This document shows, one piece after another, positions 8,539 to 18,884 of a stretch of DNA of 64,000 bases (positions within the stretch are counted from its first letter, which is position 1; the number at the start of each line of letters is the position of its first letter). Both the position numbers and the translations under genes were made by a program. The notes under the pieces were generated by a model. The model searched no databases. It saw nothing but the letters and a program-made list of their open reading frames with translations, and was not told the origin of the DNA. Location of the stretch: positions 21,417 through 85,416 of the forward strand of contig JALSQX010000005.1 in assembly GCA_026985075.1 (NCBI GenBank), in the 5' to 3' direction. The stretch comes from Blastocatellia bacterium (GTDB lineage Bacteria; Acidobacteriota; Blastocatellia; HR10; J050).

Positions 8539-10992
8539 TTATTTGTAGACGGCGACGTCGGCTTTTCGGAGGATCTGTTGATGGTAGAAGAACCCACGCC
8601 TGAGAACGCGGGCGATAGCTTGACTGCGGCCGCCGGCGACGAGTTCGACAATATTGTGTTCCTCTGGTTGAAAGGGCTCCATGGGAATGGGGAGAATAGA
8701 CTTCATCCCGGCCGCCTGGAAGAGGTCTTTCAGCCGCCGCTCAAGGTCGTCATCCTGGCCTGGCGGAGCCACCTGACGATCGCAATAATCGATGGCGGCG
8801 ATGAGTTCTTCGGTCACCAGGCGATCGAGTTGCTGCTGGATATAGGCTCGTGGATCGGCGAATTTATCGATGGCCTCCTTCACAACACGCCCCAACTCTT
8901 CCAGGAAGATCATCCGCCCGGTGGGGCTGGCCGAGACCTGAATATGCAACTCCAGTTCTAATTGCCGACTCTCCAGTTGACTTCGGATGTGGACGATCTC
9001 CCGATGCAATCGCCGCGCTCGCTCTATGGCCCGACGAAGCTCATCGGGTTGGGTCCCCTGCTCTAGTGACAATCCTCGGGTGAGGTTCTCCAAGGCCGAG
9101 ACGATGGCCACCGCGCGTTCGGCCACCTCATCCAGCTCACCGGGCGAAGGGAGTTCCTCTTGAAAGAAGCGGTTGAGCATCTCCCCGGCGCGCTCGATGG
9201 TCGCCTCGATGGCCTGTTTACCGGAGCTTTCCATATGACCGGCGAAGATGAGCCCCAGGAGCCGAGCATAGAGGCGATCCTCGGTCGCTGGGGAGGGGAG
9301 CTTCGGGCGTGGAGTGACAGAAGAATCTCGTTCGGGGAGCATCCACTGACGAACGTGGTCGGTGATCTCCTGAAGTCGCTGATGATCCCGCTCGGATTGC
9401 TCACGTTGCTGCTTCAGCTCGCCGACCTGTTGGGCCAGGGCGCGTTCTAATTGGTCCATGCGCGCGCGAAGGGATTGCGTCTGCTTTTCCAGTTCTGCCT
9501 GAAGATCCCGGTTCAGTCGGTCAACGGTGAGAGCGAGGTCTTCTTGTATCTCCCGAACAGAGGGAGGTTGGGGGTGACTTTGAAGTCTTTGTTCTAACTC
9601 GTCCAACCGGTCGTTAATTTTATAGATATCGAGAACGGCCTCTTCGAGGGTTCCCAACTTCTGCTCGATCGTGAGCAGCTCTTTGGTGTGGATTTGAACC
9701 GTCTGAGTGAGATCGAGACCGGTGCGCTCCGGGTCACTGGGAGCATGTTGGAGAAGGGAGAGGTTCCTTCCGGGCCTCTCGGTCAAGCCTTCCTTCTCTG
9801 TTCGGCCTGATCGGGAGATCATACCCATTCGGCGCCACCACCGCCGGCGGCGCGGCTCGAGCCGTTCCGAAGGTTGGAGCTCGTCCTCCGAAGCCTTCTG
9901 TTGAGGGCGTTCCGGTTGTCGGGACGCCTGACGCTGCCGAACATATCGTCCAGCGAATCGGGCCAGCATCACTCCCATAAGGATGGCCAGTCCAATGAGC
10001 ACGGCGCGCCAGAGGGGGGACTCCAGGGCGTCGCGGAAGAACATCCTGGCGATCGCCATCAGCGAAGATGGTTCCCACTGGATGGGCATGACCCGACGCG
10101 GCCCGTGGGGTCGGACCCGGCCGGCCGCTATCGCTGCTCGCGCCACCGAAGGGGTGTCGCCAACCAATGTCGCTTCACCACCCTCGATGATCACGTTGGC
10201 CTGGCCGGCCTTTTTTGCCGCTTCTCTGAATGCGACCTGGAGAGTCAGTATCTTCTTGAAGCCGAACCATTGTTCATTGACCACATCCTGAGTCGATTCC
10301 AGCGTCGTGATTTCAGCCGATGTCTTCGGCGCCCAGATGCGAAGTCCTTCAGGAATATTGTGGAAACGAATGAACGTCCATCCAATGGGATCGCCGCGAA
10401 TCGAGAGCTTTTGGGGCTCGGGATAAGTTCCTTCCCCGGTGAAGAAATGTAATCGGGATGGTTCAACGGCGATGAGGTGGCGATCCGTCTCCCAAAAAAA
10501 CTTCAAGTAGTGCTTTTCGCCCTGGGCGGTGACGTGTCTCTCAGCAGCCAGTTGCCTGGCCCGCTCGGGCGTGCTCGGTTGACTCCTTCCATCAGGAAGG
10601 TGACCGATGAGATACTGGACGCTCACCGGTGAGGTGGCCGTGGCCTCGATCATCAGCGTGAGGGTGAACGTTCGTCGGAAGGGGTACCACCGTCCGGGCA
10701 GAATCTCCCCTTCTTCCCGACCAGTGGGAAGATCGCCAATGAGCTCGACATCTGGCGAGGGGAAATCGAACCGGATGAAGCGCCAGCCCCCGCGACTCAT
10801 TGTGAATCGGAGTGAGACCGCAATGGGAAGTTGACCGGTGAACGAATCGCTCACATCCTGGGTCATGGAACGAGGAGCAGAGATCTCTACCGTCACGAGG
10901 GGCGAGACAGGATGGGCCATCCCACGGACGACAGATCCAACGAGGACATCGATGAAGAGGACCGCTGAGATGATCGCATAATGGCGCCTCAT
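8539..10992 (-). CDS. Membrane protein: exported N-domain, TM helix, long coiled coil, C-terminal GrpE-like head
   Basis: N-terminal hydrophobic segment; TM AVLIGLAILMGVMLA followed by basic residues; heptad Q/E/L-rich region; C-terminus FQPEEHNIV...RVLRRGFFYHQQILRKADVAV resembles GrpE FDPxxHxA...V-qkGY-l-gRvlRpA-V-V. Confidence 0.65.
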   Translation of the reverse strand: MRRHYAIISAVLFIDVLVGSVVRGMAHPVSPLVTVEISAPRSMTQDVSDSFTGQLPIAVSLRFTMSRGGWRFIRFDFPSPDVELIGDLPTGREEGEILPGRWYPFRRTFTLTLMIEATATSPVSVQYLIGHLPDGRSQPSTPERARQLAAERHVTAQGEKHYLKFFWETDRHLIAVEPSRLHFFTGEGTYPEPQKLSIRGDPIGWTFIRFHNIPEGLRIWAPKTSAEITTLESTQDVVNEQWFGFKKILTLQVAFREAAKKAGQANVIIEGGEATLVGDTPSVARAAIAAGRVRPHGPRRVMPIQWEPSSLMAIARMFFRDALESPLWRAVLIGLAILMGVMLARFAGRYVRQRQASRQPERPQQKASEDELQPSERLEPRRRRWWRRMGMISRSGRTEKEGLTERPGRNLSLLQHAPSDPERTGLDLTQTVQIHTKELLTIEQKLGTLEEAVLDIYKINDRLDELEQRLQSHPQPPSVREIQEDLALTVDRLNRDLQAELEKQTQSLRARMDQLERALAQQVGELKQQREQSERDHQRLQEITDHVRQWMLPERDSSVTPRPKLPSPATEDRLYARLLGLIFAGHMESSGKQAIEATIERAGEMLNRFFQEELPSPGELDEVAERAVAIVSALENLTRGLSLEQGTQPDELRRAIERARRLHREIVHIRSQLESRQLELELHIQVSASPTGRMIFLEELGRVVKEAIDKFADPRAYIQQQLDRLVTEELIAAIDYCDRQVAPPGQDDDLERRLKDLFQAAGMKSILPIPMEPFQPEEHNIVELVAGGRSQAIARVLRRGFFYHQQILRKADVAVYK

Positions 10993-11165
10993 AGGCCTTT
11001 CTCTGGAAACGTCAACAGTCTGGCGTCCCAACCGGCAAGATAGGAAATCTCACCCTCCGACCTCTCTCCACGTTATATTCTGACCATATTTAGTGGCTGA
11101 GCGCAACCCAATCCAGTGGTGGAGAGACCGGCGACATTCACGAGGCACTGTGGGAATAGTACCAG

Positions 11166-12200
11166 TCAGCCATGATCGACGCGCTGAGCGTCGATAGGAC
11201 GCTCTTCTCTCAGGGAATGAAGGGAGCGATGACGGAGCGCTGATGAGGATCTCAACGCCTCCTGGAGTTTCTCGACCATGCGCCGTTGGATCTCCTCTAG
11301 CCGCCCTTCTACGGTGCAGCCGGCGGCATTGCGATGACCCCCGCCACCGAAATACTCGGCGATCTTGGCGACGTTAATGGCGTCCTTGGAGCGCAGCGAG
11401 GCACGATAGACGTTGGGTCTGACTTCCTTTAAAAAAAGAACGACATCGATATCGGCTACGGCGAGGGGATAGTTGGCCAGTCCATCAGCATCCTCTTCGG
11501 TGGCCTGCGCCGCGGCCAACATCTGTTGGGTCACGGCCAGATAGGCGATGCGGCCCGTCTGGTCGCGCTGCAGGGAACTGAGGGCCAGTCCCATGAGCTT
11601 CAGTTTGCTGAACGGTTGCGAGTAATAAATGGCGCGGGAGATGCGCGCCGGATTGGCTCCGAGCCGGATGAGCTCGCTAGCCACCTTGAGCGTGCGGGCG
11701 GTCGTATTGGGGAAATGGAACGAGCCGGTGTCCGTCAGCAGGGCGGCATAAATGCACTCGGCAATCTCAGCAGTCACGCGCGCTCCCGTCGCTTTGCACA
11801 GGTTGTAAATCATTTCACCTACTGCCGACGCCGTCGAGTCGATCCAATTGATATCGCCGAAGCGAACCGTGGTGGTGTGGTGATCGATGTTGACCACGAA
11901 CTGTTCGGAGAGCCCGGGAAGGCCCGGCCGATCGATGTCACTGCATTCGATGACGAAAACGGCGTCGTATTGGTGGGGGTGATCAAATTGGTTGATTCTC
12001 TGCACGCGACGGGCGCCCGGCAGCGTCTGGTATGCTCTGGGAATGTGATCGCGCATCACGACGACGGCGTCTTTGTTCAACTCTTGGAGCATGAGCATCA
12101 GAGCCAGCGAAGACCCCACACTGTCTCCATCCGGTCGAACGTGGGAGGTAATAGCAAATCGGTGTTTGCTGTCGATCAACTCAACGACTTCACTCAGCAT
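11166..12200 (-). CDS. nrnA: DHH/DHHA1 phosphoesterase (NrnA-like oligoribonuclease/PAP phosphatase)
   Basis: HVRPDGD, IDHH, TDTGSF, SLRS, GGGH motifs; usual position after rbfA. Confidence 0.9.
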   Translation of the reverse strand: MLSEVVELIDSKHRFAITSHVRPDGDSVGSSLALMLMLQELNKDAVVVMRDHIPRAYQTLPGARRVQRINQFDHPHQYDAVFVIECSDIDRPGLPGLSEQFVVNIDHHTTTVRFGDINWIDSTASAVGEMIYNLCKATGARVTAEIAECIYAALLTDTGSFHFPNTTARTLKVASELIRLGANPARISRAIYYSQPFSKLKLMGLALSSLQRDQTGRIAYLAVTQQMLAAAQATEEDADGLANYPLAVADIDVVLFLKEVRPNVYRASLRSKDAINVAKIAEYFGGGGHRNAAGCTVEGRLEEIQRRMVEKLQEALRSSSALRHRSLHSLREERPIDAQRVDHG

Positions 12201-12209
12201 GACTCTCTC

Positions 12210-12563
12210 TCAATCTTCGGGATCTTTCGCCGTCTCTGCCAGAAGTTCGTCAATTCGCGCCGCCACTTCCAGCGTATCATCATAATAGAATTTGAGTTCG
12301 GGAATGAAGCGAAGGCGAAGCCGAGGGTAAAGCTGGTGGCGGATGAAGCCAGCCGCTCGATTGAGTCCGTGCACGGTCTGGTCGATTTCCTCGCGCGATC
12401 CCGTGATGGTCACGTACACCCGGGCGTGGCGCAAATCCGGACTCACTTTGACGTGGGTCACGGTCGCCGGTTTGATCCGGCGATCCTCCAATTCATAGTG
12501 AATGATTTGACTGATCTCTTGTTTGAGCAATTCGGCCACACGAGCTGGTCGATAAGGTTTCAT
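12210..12563 (-). CDS. rbfA: Ribosome-binding factor A
   Basis: RPARVAELLKQEIS, DLRHARVYV, LRFIPELKFYYD; follows infB. Confidence 0.95.
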   Translation of the reverse strand: MKPYRPARVAELLKQEISQIIHYELEDRRIKPATVTHVKVSPDLRHARVYVTITGSREEIDQTVHGLNRAAGFIRHQLYPRLRLRFIPELKFYYDDTLEVAARIDELLAETAKDPED

Positions 12564-12586
12564 CGTGACGCTCCTCGCTTCACTCC

Positions 12587-15163
12587 TCACAGCGCTTGAG
12601 CGACTCGTTCCACCGTGAAGACCTCGATGATGTCGCCCGGCTTAATGTCGTTATAATCCTCCAATCGAATACCACACTCGAATCCTTGTTTCACTTCCGT
12701 AGCATCCTCCTTGAATCGCTTGAGCGATTGAATGGTGCCCTCGTAAATGACGACGTTGTCCCGCAGCAGGCGCGCCCGGGCATTTCGTCGCACTACTCCC
12801 TCGGTGACCATGCAGCCAGCGACGTTGCCCACCTTGGGGATATGGAAGATTTGCCGGATCTCCGCCTGTCCAAGACGGACTTCTCGCTCTGTCGGTTCGA
12901 GCAAACCTTCCATGGCTTTTCGAATTTCTTCCTCCACTTTATAGATCACCGAATGGAAGCGAATGTCCACGTGTTCTTGACGGGCCAACTCCGCCGCTCG
13001 AGGTTCAGGACGAACGTTGAAACCGATAACGATGGCCGTGCGATCCATTTGATTGGCGGCGCTGGCCAGGAGGACGTCTGACTCGGTGATAGCACCTACA
13101 CCACTGCGGATGATCGTCACTTTCACTTTTGGACTGGAGAGCTTCTCCAGCGTTTGTCGAAGCGCCTCCAGGGACCCTTGGACATCGGCCTTGAGGATCA
13201 GTTGGAGTTCTTTCAGTTGTCCCGCTTGCAGGCGCTCGTAGAGTTGCTCAAGCGACGTGGCCGCGGTGACTCGGGCTCGCGCCTGGCGCTCGGCCGTCTG
13301 GCGGAGCGAGCTGATGCGCTGAGCCGTGGTCAGGTCGTCGACGACGATGAGCCGATCTCCGGCTTCGGGCACGGCTTCCAGTCCCGTCACTTCAACGGGC
13401 GTCGCGGGTGGAGCTTCAGCGAGTCGCCTCCCTCGGTGATCGAACATGGCCCGCACGCGACCAAACGTCGTGCCCACCAGAAACGCGTCGCCCACACGAA
13501 GGGTGCCCTGTCCGACGAGAATGGTGGCCACCGGACCACGCCCTCGGTCGAGCTTGCTCTCCAGGACCACGCCCGCCGCTTTTCGGTTGGGATTGGCTTT
13601 GAGGTCCAGCAAATCGGCAGTGAGCAGGATCATCTCCAGGAGCTCATCGAGATTGATGCGCTGCTTGGCCGAAACTTCCACCATGACCGTATCGCCTCCC
13701 CAGCCGTCCCACACGAGGCCGTGATCGGCCAGCTCTTTCTTGACGCGCTCGGGATTGGCTTCCGGTTTGTCGATCTTATTGATGGCGACGATGATGGGCA
13801 CGTTCGCCGCTCGCGCGTGCTCGATAGCCTCGATCGTCTGTGGCATGACGCCGTCGTCGGCGGCCACCACGAGCACGACGATGTCGGTCACTTGAGCGCC
13901 GCGAGCGCGCATCATCGTGAAAGCCTCATGGCCGGGGGTATCCAGAAACACGATCTGGCGCTTCTGTCCCGGAGCATCGGGATCATCGACCTCCACGGTG
14001 TAGGCGCCGATGTGCTGGGTGATGCCTCCCACCTCCGATTCGGCCACATGGGTTTCCCGAATGGCATCCAGGAGGCTCGTCTTCCCATGATCCACGTGCC
14101 CCATGACCGTGACCACCGGCGCGCGCGGCACGAGGACCTCTTCTTCTCCCGCGGCGAGCAGCTGCTCGATGACCGCCTCTTCGGCCAACTCTTCGAAGGA
14201 GGCGAAGTGAATATCATAGCCCAGTTCGCGGCCAATCTCTTTAGCGATGTCAGGTTCCAAGGGCTGATTAATGGTGGCCATAATTCCTCGTTTGAGGAGT
14301 CGCTGCATCACGTCGCGGGGGCGGACGTCTAACTTCTCGGAGAATTCCTTCACCGTGATGCCCTCCATGAGCTTGACCGTTCGGAGTTCAGCGGTGGTTG
14401 GCTTGGCGACGGCCGCCGCGGCCGGGCGCTCTTTGACGGGTACGCGTTTTTTCACTGGTGGGCGCGGTGGGCGACGACGACGGCGACGGTCATCGCGTGG
14501 GGGCACGTACACGCGATCTGAGATATCCATGGGCTTGGGGGGCGTCTGGGGCCGCGCGGGGGCTGAGGGGCGCAGAACGGTGACTTTCATCCCCGGCGGA
14601 GATGGGGGCGTTTGGCGGGCCGGCTGTGGGGGGGACGGTTCCGTCACTTCTGCTTTCGCCGCCGCCGTGGCCGGAGGCGCAGGGGACGGCTTGGTGGCTG
14701 GAGGGGCCGCTGGAGGCCGAACTAATTTCAGCGGTGTGACTTTCACCGCAGGCTGCGGTTCGGTCGACGGCTCTTCACCCTTTGGCGGCTTTTTCTTCAA
14801 TCGAACCGCTTTCATCTTCGGTGCCGGAGGCTCGGGGGGCGTCTTCTTCTTTTCGGCGCGAACGGGGGCCTCCATGGCCGCCGGCGCGGCGGGCTTTTCG
14901 ACAACCGTCGGCTCAGGGGATGTTGGCTCGGTGGAAACGGTCTCCGCCGGTTTCTCCTTGACTTTCTTCACCAGACGGACTTTCGGTTTCTTGGGTTCGA
15001 CTTTCTTAACGTAGTATTTGGACCGAATTTTCTCGGCCTCTTCTTCCGTGATCGAGTTAGAGGCCACGCGCACATCGAGGCCGAGACGGCGGGCGTCTTC
15101 AATCACCCGCTTGGGCTCGAGTTTGAGCTGTTTGGCGAGTTCGTAAATTCGTATTTTCCCCAT
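12587..15163 (-). CDS. infB: Translation initiation factor IF-2
   Basis: RIYELAK N-domain, [42 protein letters not shown]. Confidence 0.98.
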   Translation of the reverse strand: MGKIRIYELAKQLKLEPKRVIEDARRLGLDVRVASNSITEEEAEKIRSKYYVKKVEPKKPKVRLVKKVKEKPAETVSTEPTSPEPTVVEKPAAPAAMEAPVRAEKKKTPPEPPAPKMKAVRLKKKPPKGEEPSTEPQPAVKVTPLKLVRPPAAPPATKPSPAPPATAAAKAEVTEPSPPQPARQTPPSPPGMKVTVLRPSAPARPQTPPKPMDISDRVYVPPRDDRRRRRRPPRPPVKKRVPVKERPAAAAVAKPTTAELRTVKLMEGITVKEFSEKLDVRPRDVMQRLLKRGIMATINQPLEPDIAKEIGRELGYDIHFASFEELAEEAVIEQLLAAGEEEVLVPRAPVVTVMGHVDHGKTSLLDAIRETHVAESEVGGITQHIGAYTVEVDDPDAPGQKRQIVFLDTPGHEAFTMMRARGAQVTDIVVLVVAADDGVMPQTIEAIEHARAANVPIIVAINKIDKPEANPERVKKELADHGLVWDGWGGDTVMVEVSAKQRINLDELLEMILLTADLLDLKANPNRKAAGVVLESKLDRGRGPVATILVGQGTLRVGDAFLVGTTFGRVRAMFDHRGRRLAEAPPATPVEVTGLEAVPEAGDRLIVVDDLTTAQRISSLRQTAERQARARVTAATSLEQLYERLQAGQLKELQLILKADVQGSLEALRQTLEKLSSPKVKVTIIRSGVGAITESDVLLASAANQMDRTAIVIGFNVRPEPRAAELARQEHVDIRFHSVIYKVEEEIRKAMEGLLEPTEREVRLGQAEIRQIFHIPKVGNVAGCMVTEGVVRRNARARLLRDNVVIYEGTIQSLKRFKEDATEVKQGFECGIRLEDYNDIKPGDIIEVFTVERVAQAL

Positions 15164-15181
15164 AAACTTCCCTCTCAGCGC

Positions 15182-15204
15182 CCCGCATCAGCAGGGGATG
15201 CGGG
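15182..15204. other. Stem-loop between nusA and infB
   Basis: CCCGCATC-N7-GATGCGGG perfect 8-bp inverted repeat in the short intergenic gap. Confidence 0.45.
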
Positions 15205-15208
15205 CTCT

Positions 15209-16903
15209 TCAAGACGACGCTTCCAGTTCGCTCTGCGACGTTGCGGCCTGAGCGTCTCGCTCGGCCCGGGTGGGCGTTGGTTCGCTTTCGGAGTCATCTG
15301 GCGAACGGGTTGCCTCTTCTTCCCCCGATCCATCCGCTCCTGTCGGTGAAGGACGCTCTTGAGTTGACGGCCTGACCGAGGATTCGCCGCTCATCTCGCC
15401 GCTACTTGGCGGCTGGCCCACCGGGACGGACGCCTCTCGAGGGGGAGGCGCGGTAGTCGGTGACGACGTCGAAGCCTCTTGGGCTGTGGCGTCTTCCGGG
15501 GAGGGACCGGTCGAAGGGGCCATCGCTTCAGTGGTCGCCGACTCCTCAGCGGTCGCCTCTGCGGGCTCAGCCTTCGGCGGGGTGGTGGGGACAGGCTCCG
15601 TCTCTCGTGCCTGAGAGACGAGGACTGACTGAGCCACCTGTTTGAGCTGTGTGGCGCGATCCAGACTAATATCGAGTTTCTCGGCCAGTTCGTCGAGGTC
15701 GGCCTCGACCAGTTCCTCCAAGGTCGCGTATCCCTGGGCGGCGAGGCGATGCACCATATCTGCTCCGAGTTGGAGTCGAGCGACCTCCAGGGGCGTTGCA
15801 CCCGGCGAGATGAGCTGTTCGATCTGGGAGGCCACTTCCCGCTTCACGTCCGATTCGCTACGAATGTCGATGTTCCAGCCCACCAGTCGCGCCGCCAGGC
15901 GCACATTCTGCCCCTGTTTGCCAATGGCCAGCGAGAGTTGGTCATCCTCGACGATGACCTCGACCTTCTTCTGCACCGGATCGATGATTTGGACCTTATT
16001 GACCTTGGCCGGACTGAGCGCATTGGCCACAAAGATCGCCGGATTCTCCGACCATTCAATGATGTCGATCTTCTCGCCATGTAGCTCCCGTATCACGGCC
16101 TGAACGCGACTTCCCTTCATCCCCACGCAGGCGCCGACGGGATCAACGTCGCGGTCGATTGAGGTGACGGCAATCTTGGCCCGCTCGCCCGGCTCCCGGA
16201 CCGCTCCTTTGATCTGGACCGTGCCATCATAGATTTCGGGAACCTCCATCTCGAACAGGCGAATCAGCAATTCGGGACAGGTCCGCGAGAGGATGATCTG
16301 CTGTCCATGGGTTTCCTTGACCTCTTTGGTCACTTTGATGATCACGGCGCGAATGCGCTCATTGAGCGAGAACTTCTCCGCCTTCGACTGTTCCGACCGC
16401 GGCAACAGGGCTTCCACCGATCCCAGATCGACGATGATATCGCCCCGTTTTTCAAACCGTTTCACGAAGCCGTGAACCAACTCGCCCACTCGCTGGATGT
16501 ATTCTTCGTAGATATTCTGCCGTTCGGCCTCGCGGACCTTCTGGGTGATGACTTGCTTGGCCACCTGGGCAGCAATACGGCCCATGCCCTCAAAGGGGCG
16601 CTGGATCTCCAGGATATCGCCCACCTCGGCTCCCTCGACCAACTCGTTGGCTTCTTCCAGGCTGATCTCTCGAGCGGGATCGGTGACTTCCTCGACAACC
16701 GTCATCCGGGCGAAGATCTCGATCTGTCCCGTTTCGGCGTTGTAGCGCACGTCAACATCTTCGCCCAGGTGGCGATACTGCTTCTGATAGGCCTTCAAGA
16801 CGGCCTCGGTGATCGCCTCGATAATGGTTTGGGGGTCGATATTTTTCTCCCGACTCAGCAATTCAATGTTCTCTGCGATCGGGCTCGAATTTGCGCTTGC
16901 CAT
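15209..16903 (-). CDS. nusA: Transcription termination/antitermination factor NusA with long acidic/Pro-Ser-Thr-rich C-tail
   Basis: GRIAAQVAKQVI, REPGERAK, DPVGACVGMKGSRV, SLAIGKQGQNVRLA. Confidence 0.97.
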   Translation of the reverse strand: MASANSSPIAENIELLSREKNIDPQTIIEAITEAVLKAYQKQYRHLGEDVDVRYNAETGQIEIFARMTVVEEVTDPAREISLEEANELVEGAEVGDILEIQRPFEGMGRIAAQVAKQVITQKVREAERQNIYEEYIQRVGELVHGFVKRFEKRGDIIVDLGSVEALLPRSEQSKAEKFSLNERIRAVIIKVTKEVKETHGQQIILSRTCPELLIRLFEMEVPEIYDGTVQIKGAVREPGERAKIAVTSIDRDVDPVGACVGMKGSRVQAVIRELHGEKIDIIEWSENPAIFVANALSPAKVNKVQIIDPVQKKVEVIVEDDQLSLAIGKQGQNVRLAARLVGWNIDIRSESDVKREVASQIEQLISPGATPLEVARLQLGADMVHRLAAQGYATLEELVEADLDELAEKLDISLDRATQLKQVAQSVLVSQARETEPVPTTPPKAEPAEATAEESATTEAMAPSTGPSPEDATAQEASTSSPTTAPPPREASVPVGQPPSSGEMSGESSVRPSTQERPSPTGADGSGEEEATRSPDDSESEPTPTRAERDAQAATSQSELEASS

Positions 16904-17004
16904 ATATCTCCCTCTCAAACAACAAATTTGCTCATCAGCGGCATTGACTCCGTCCCCTCATGTGGGCGGCTCTGGTCATGCAGCTTCTTCTGGATCGGTG
17001 CTCC

Positions 17005-17487
17005 TTATTTGTGCTTTCCCCAAGCAAAAATCAGATGTGCTTTCCGGATTTGTTGATAAGGAATGCGAACGTCTTTCCCCAGTCGATGCTCGCGAATGGT
17101 GACGGTATCGCCGCTGATGCCGAGCAATTCGCCTTGGAACGTTCGGCGTCCTTCGATCTGCTCGTGAGTGTGAATCTTCGCTTCGCGTCCAGCGAATCGC
17201 TCATAATCAGCCTTTTTGTGAAGCCTCCGCTCTAAGCCGGGTGAACACACTTCCAGGATGTATCGATTCGGGATAGGATCTTCAACATCCAACATGACGC
17301 TCACATGCTGGCTCACTTGCGCACAGTCGTCGATGGTGACGCCTCCGGGCTTGTCAATGTAAAGCCGCAACGTCATATTCCGGCGCTGACCGACCAGCTC
17401 TACATGGACCAACTCGAAGCCGTCGCCCACCACAATCGGCTCGATCATTTCCGTGATCCGTTGTGTCAACTGCTCCCTCGTCATCAC
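17005..17487 (-). CDS. rimP: Ribosome maturation factor RimP
   Basis: LRLYIDKPGGVTIDDC, YILEVCSPGLER; first gene of the nusA-infB operon. Confidence 0.95.
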   Translation of the reverse strand: MMTREQLTQRITEMIEPIVVGDGFELVHVELVGQRRNMTLRLYIDKPGGVTIDDCAQVSQHVSVMLDVEDPIPNRYILEVCSPGLERRLHKKADYERFAGREAKIHTHEQIEGRRTFQGELLGISGDTVTIREHRLGKDVRIPYQQIRKAHLIFAWGKHK

Positions 17488-17495
17488 TGCACTTC

Positions 17496-17520
17496 AAAAA
17501 AAAGTGGGCCGCCGCCCACT
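17496..17520 (-). promoter_or_regulatory. rimP leader terminator-like hairpin
   Basis: Minus strand AGTGGGC-GGCG-GCCCACT followed by a T-run just before the rimP start; matches the known GGGC...GCCC rimP-leader motif. Confidence 0.75.
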
Positions 17521-17553
17521 CTCACCCATCTCCACGTGCGAATGTAACAAACT

Positions 17554-17582
17554 AATATAGCCAGTTATTCTCATAAAATCAA
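17554..17582 (-). promoter_or_regulatory. sigma70-type promoter of the rimP operon
   Basis: TTGATT-N17-TATATT on the minus strand. Confidence 0.6.
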
Positions 17583-17668
17583 GCCAGAGATCCCGATGAG
17601 ACCATCGCCCCATCTGGGAATCAAGCGATGTCGAGTGATCCCATCGAGGGATGGCGAACAGAAAGAGC

Positions 17669-18718
17669 CTACCGACGCGACGCCTCCGCCCGAGCCGCCA
17701 ACTGTCCGCATGCCGCATCGATGTCGCGACCGCGCGGCATACGAATGAACGCGGGAACACCACGTGCCCTCACGCGCGCCTGGAAGCCAAGGACGCGGTT
17801 CATCGGGGAAGAGCGGAAGGGAAGTTCGGGACTCGGATTGTAAGGGATGAGGTTGACCTTCGCCCGGAGGCCCCGCAATAAGTGGACGAGCTGATCCGCT
17901 TCCTCGTCGCTATCATTGACGCCGTCCAACATGACGTATTCGAAGGTAAGCCATTCCCGCCGGCGAAGAGGATAGCGCCGACAGGCGGCGAGGAGTTCTT
18001 CCAGCGGCCAGCGCTTGTTCAGCGGGATGAGTCGATCGCGAAGCGCATTCGTCGTAGCCGAGAGCGAGATGGCCAGCTCCGGACGAACGGGTTCCTTGGC
18101 CAGATCGTCGATGCCTGGAACCACGCCGGCCGTCGAGAGGGTGATGCGGCGCTGAGAGATCCCCATGCCTTGGGAATCACAAAGTAGACGAATCGCCTTC
18201 ATGACCTGGACGTAATTGAGCAGCGGTTCGCCCATACCCATGAGGACCAGATTGACGCCTCGAGCGGGCGGCCTCCCTACGCCATACTGATCGTTCAACA
18301 GCGCTCCCACTTGGGCGATGATCTCACCGGCCGTCAGGTTGCGTCGCCATCCGAGAACGCCGGTCATGCAGAATTGACAGGCGAGAGGACAGCCAGCCTG
18401 CGTGGAAAGACAGATCGTGTCGCGATCAGCTTCGGGGATCCACACGGCCTCAATCTGTACACCATCCGATGCCCGGAAAAGATAGCGGCGCGTCCCATCG
18501 CTGGATTGAAACACAGATGTCACCTCCAGCGAAGTGACCGTCCACCGCTCTCTTAGCGCAGCTCGCAGTGACTTAGGAAGCTCAGTCATCGCCCCGACAG
18601 CATAATTGCGCCGCTTGTATATTTCATGATAGAGTTGTCGCGCGCGATATGGGGGCACGTCGAAAGGTCGCAGCGTCTCGCTGAGTTCATCCAGTGTTTG
18701 TCCGAGGAGCTCGGTCAT
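17669..18718 (-). CDS. rlmN: 23S rRNA m2A2503 / tRNA radical SAM methyltransferase
   Basis: CLSTQAGCPLACQFC, MGMGEP, ISLSA, NLIPYN, DIDAACGQL. Confidence 0.95.
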   Translation of the reverse strand: MTELLGQTLDELSETLRPFDVPPYRARQLYHEIYKRRNYAVGAMTELPKSLRAALRERWTVTSLEVTSVFQSSDGTRRYLFRASDGVQIEAVWIPEADRDTICLSTQAGCPLACQFCMTGVLGWRRNLTAGEIIAQVGALLNDQYGVGRPPARGVNLVLMGMGEPLLNYVQVMKAIRLLCDSQGMGISQRRITLSTAGVVPGIDDLAKEPVRPELAISLSATTNALRDRLIPLNKRWPLEELLAACRRYPLRRREWLTFEYVMLDGVNDSDEEADQLVHLLRGLRAKVNLIPYNPSPELPFRSSPMNRVLGFQARVRARGVPAFIRMPRGRDIDAACGQLAARAEASRR

Positions 18719-18884
18719 GACTCACTCAAAAATAAAGTATACCAGAGAGACCCCATTGGGGCTCAAGCGCCTCAGCGGAAGGGGGACACCACAGTGCCCC
18801 TCTGCCTCGCCGATCATCCCAGGTGGCTCCCCCTGGGCTTGGTCTGTGCTCGGGGGTAGAGTAAAGTTTAGAGAGATGAGGTCG

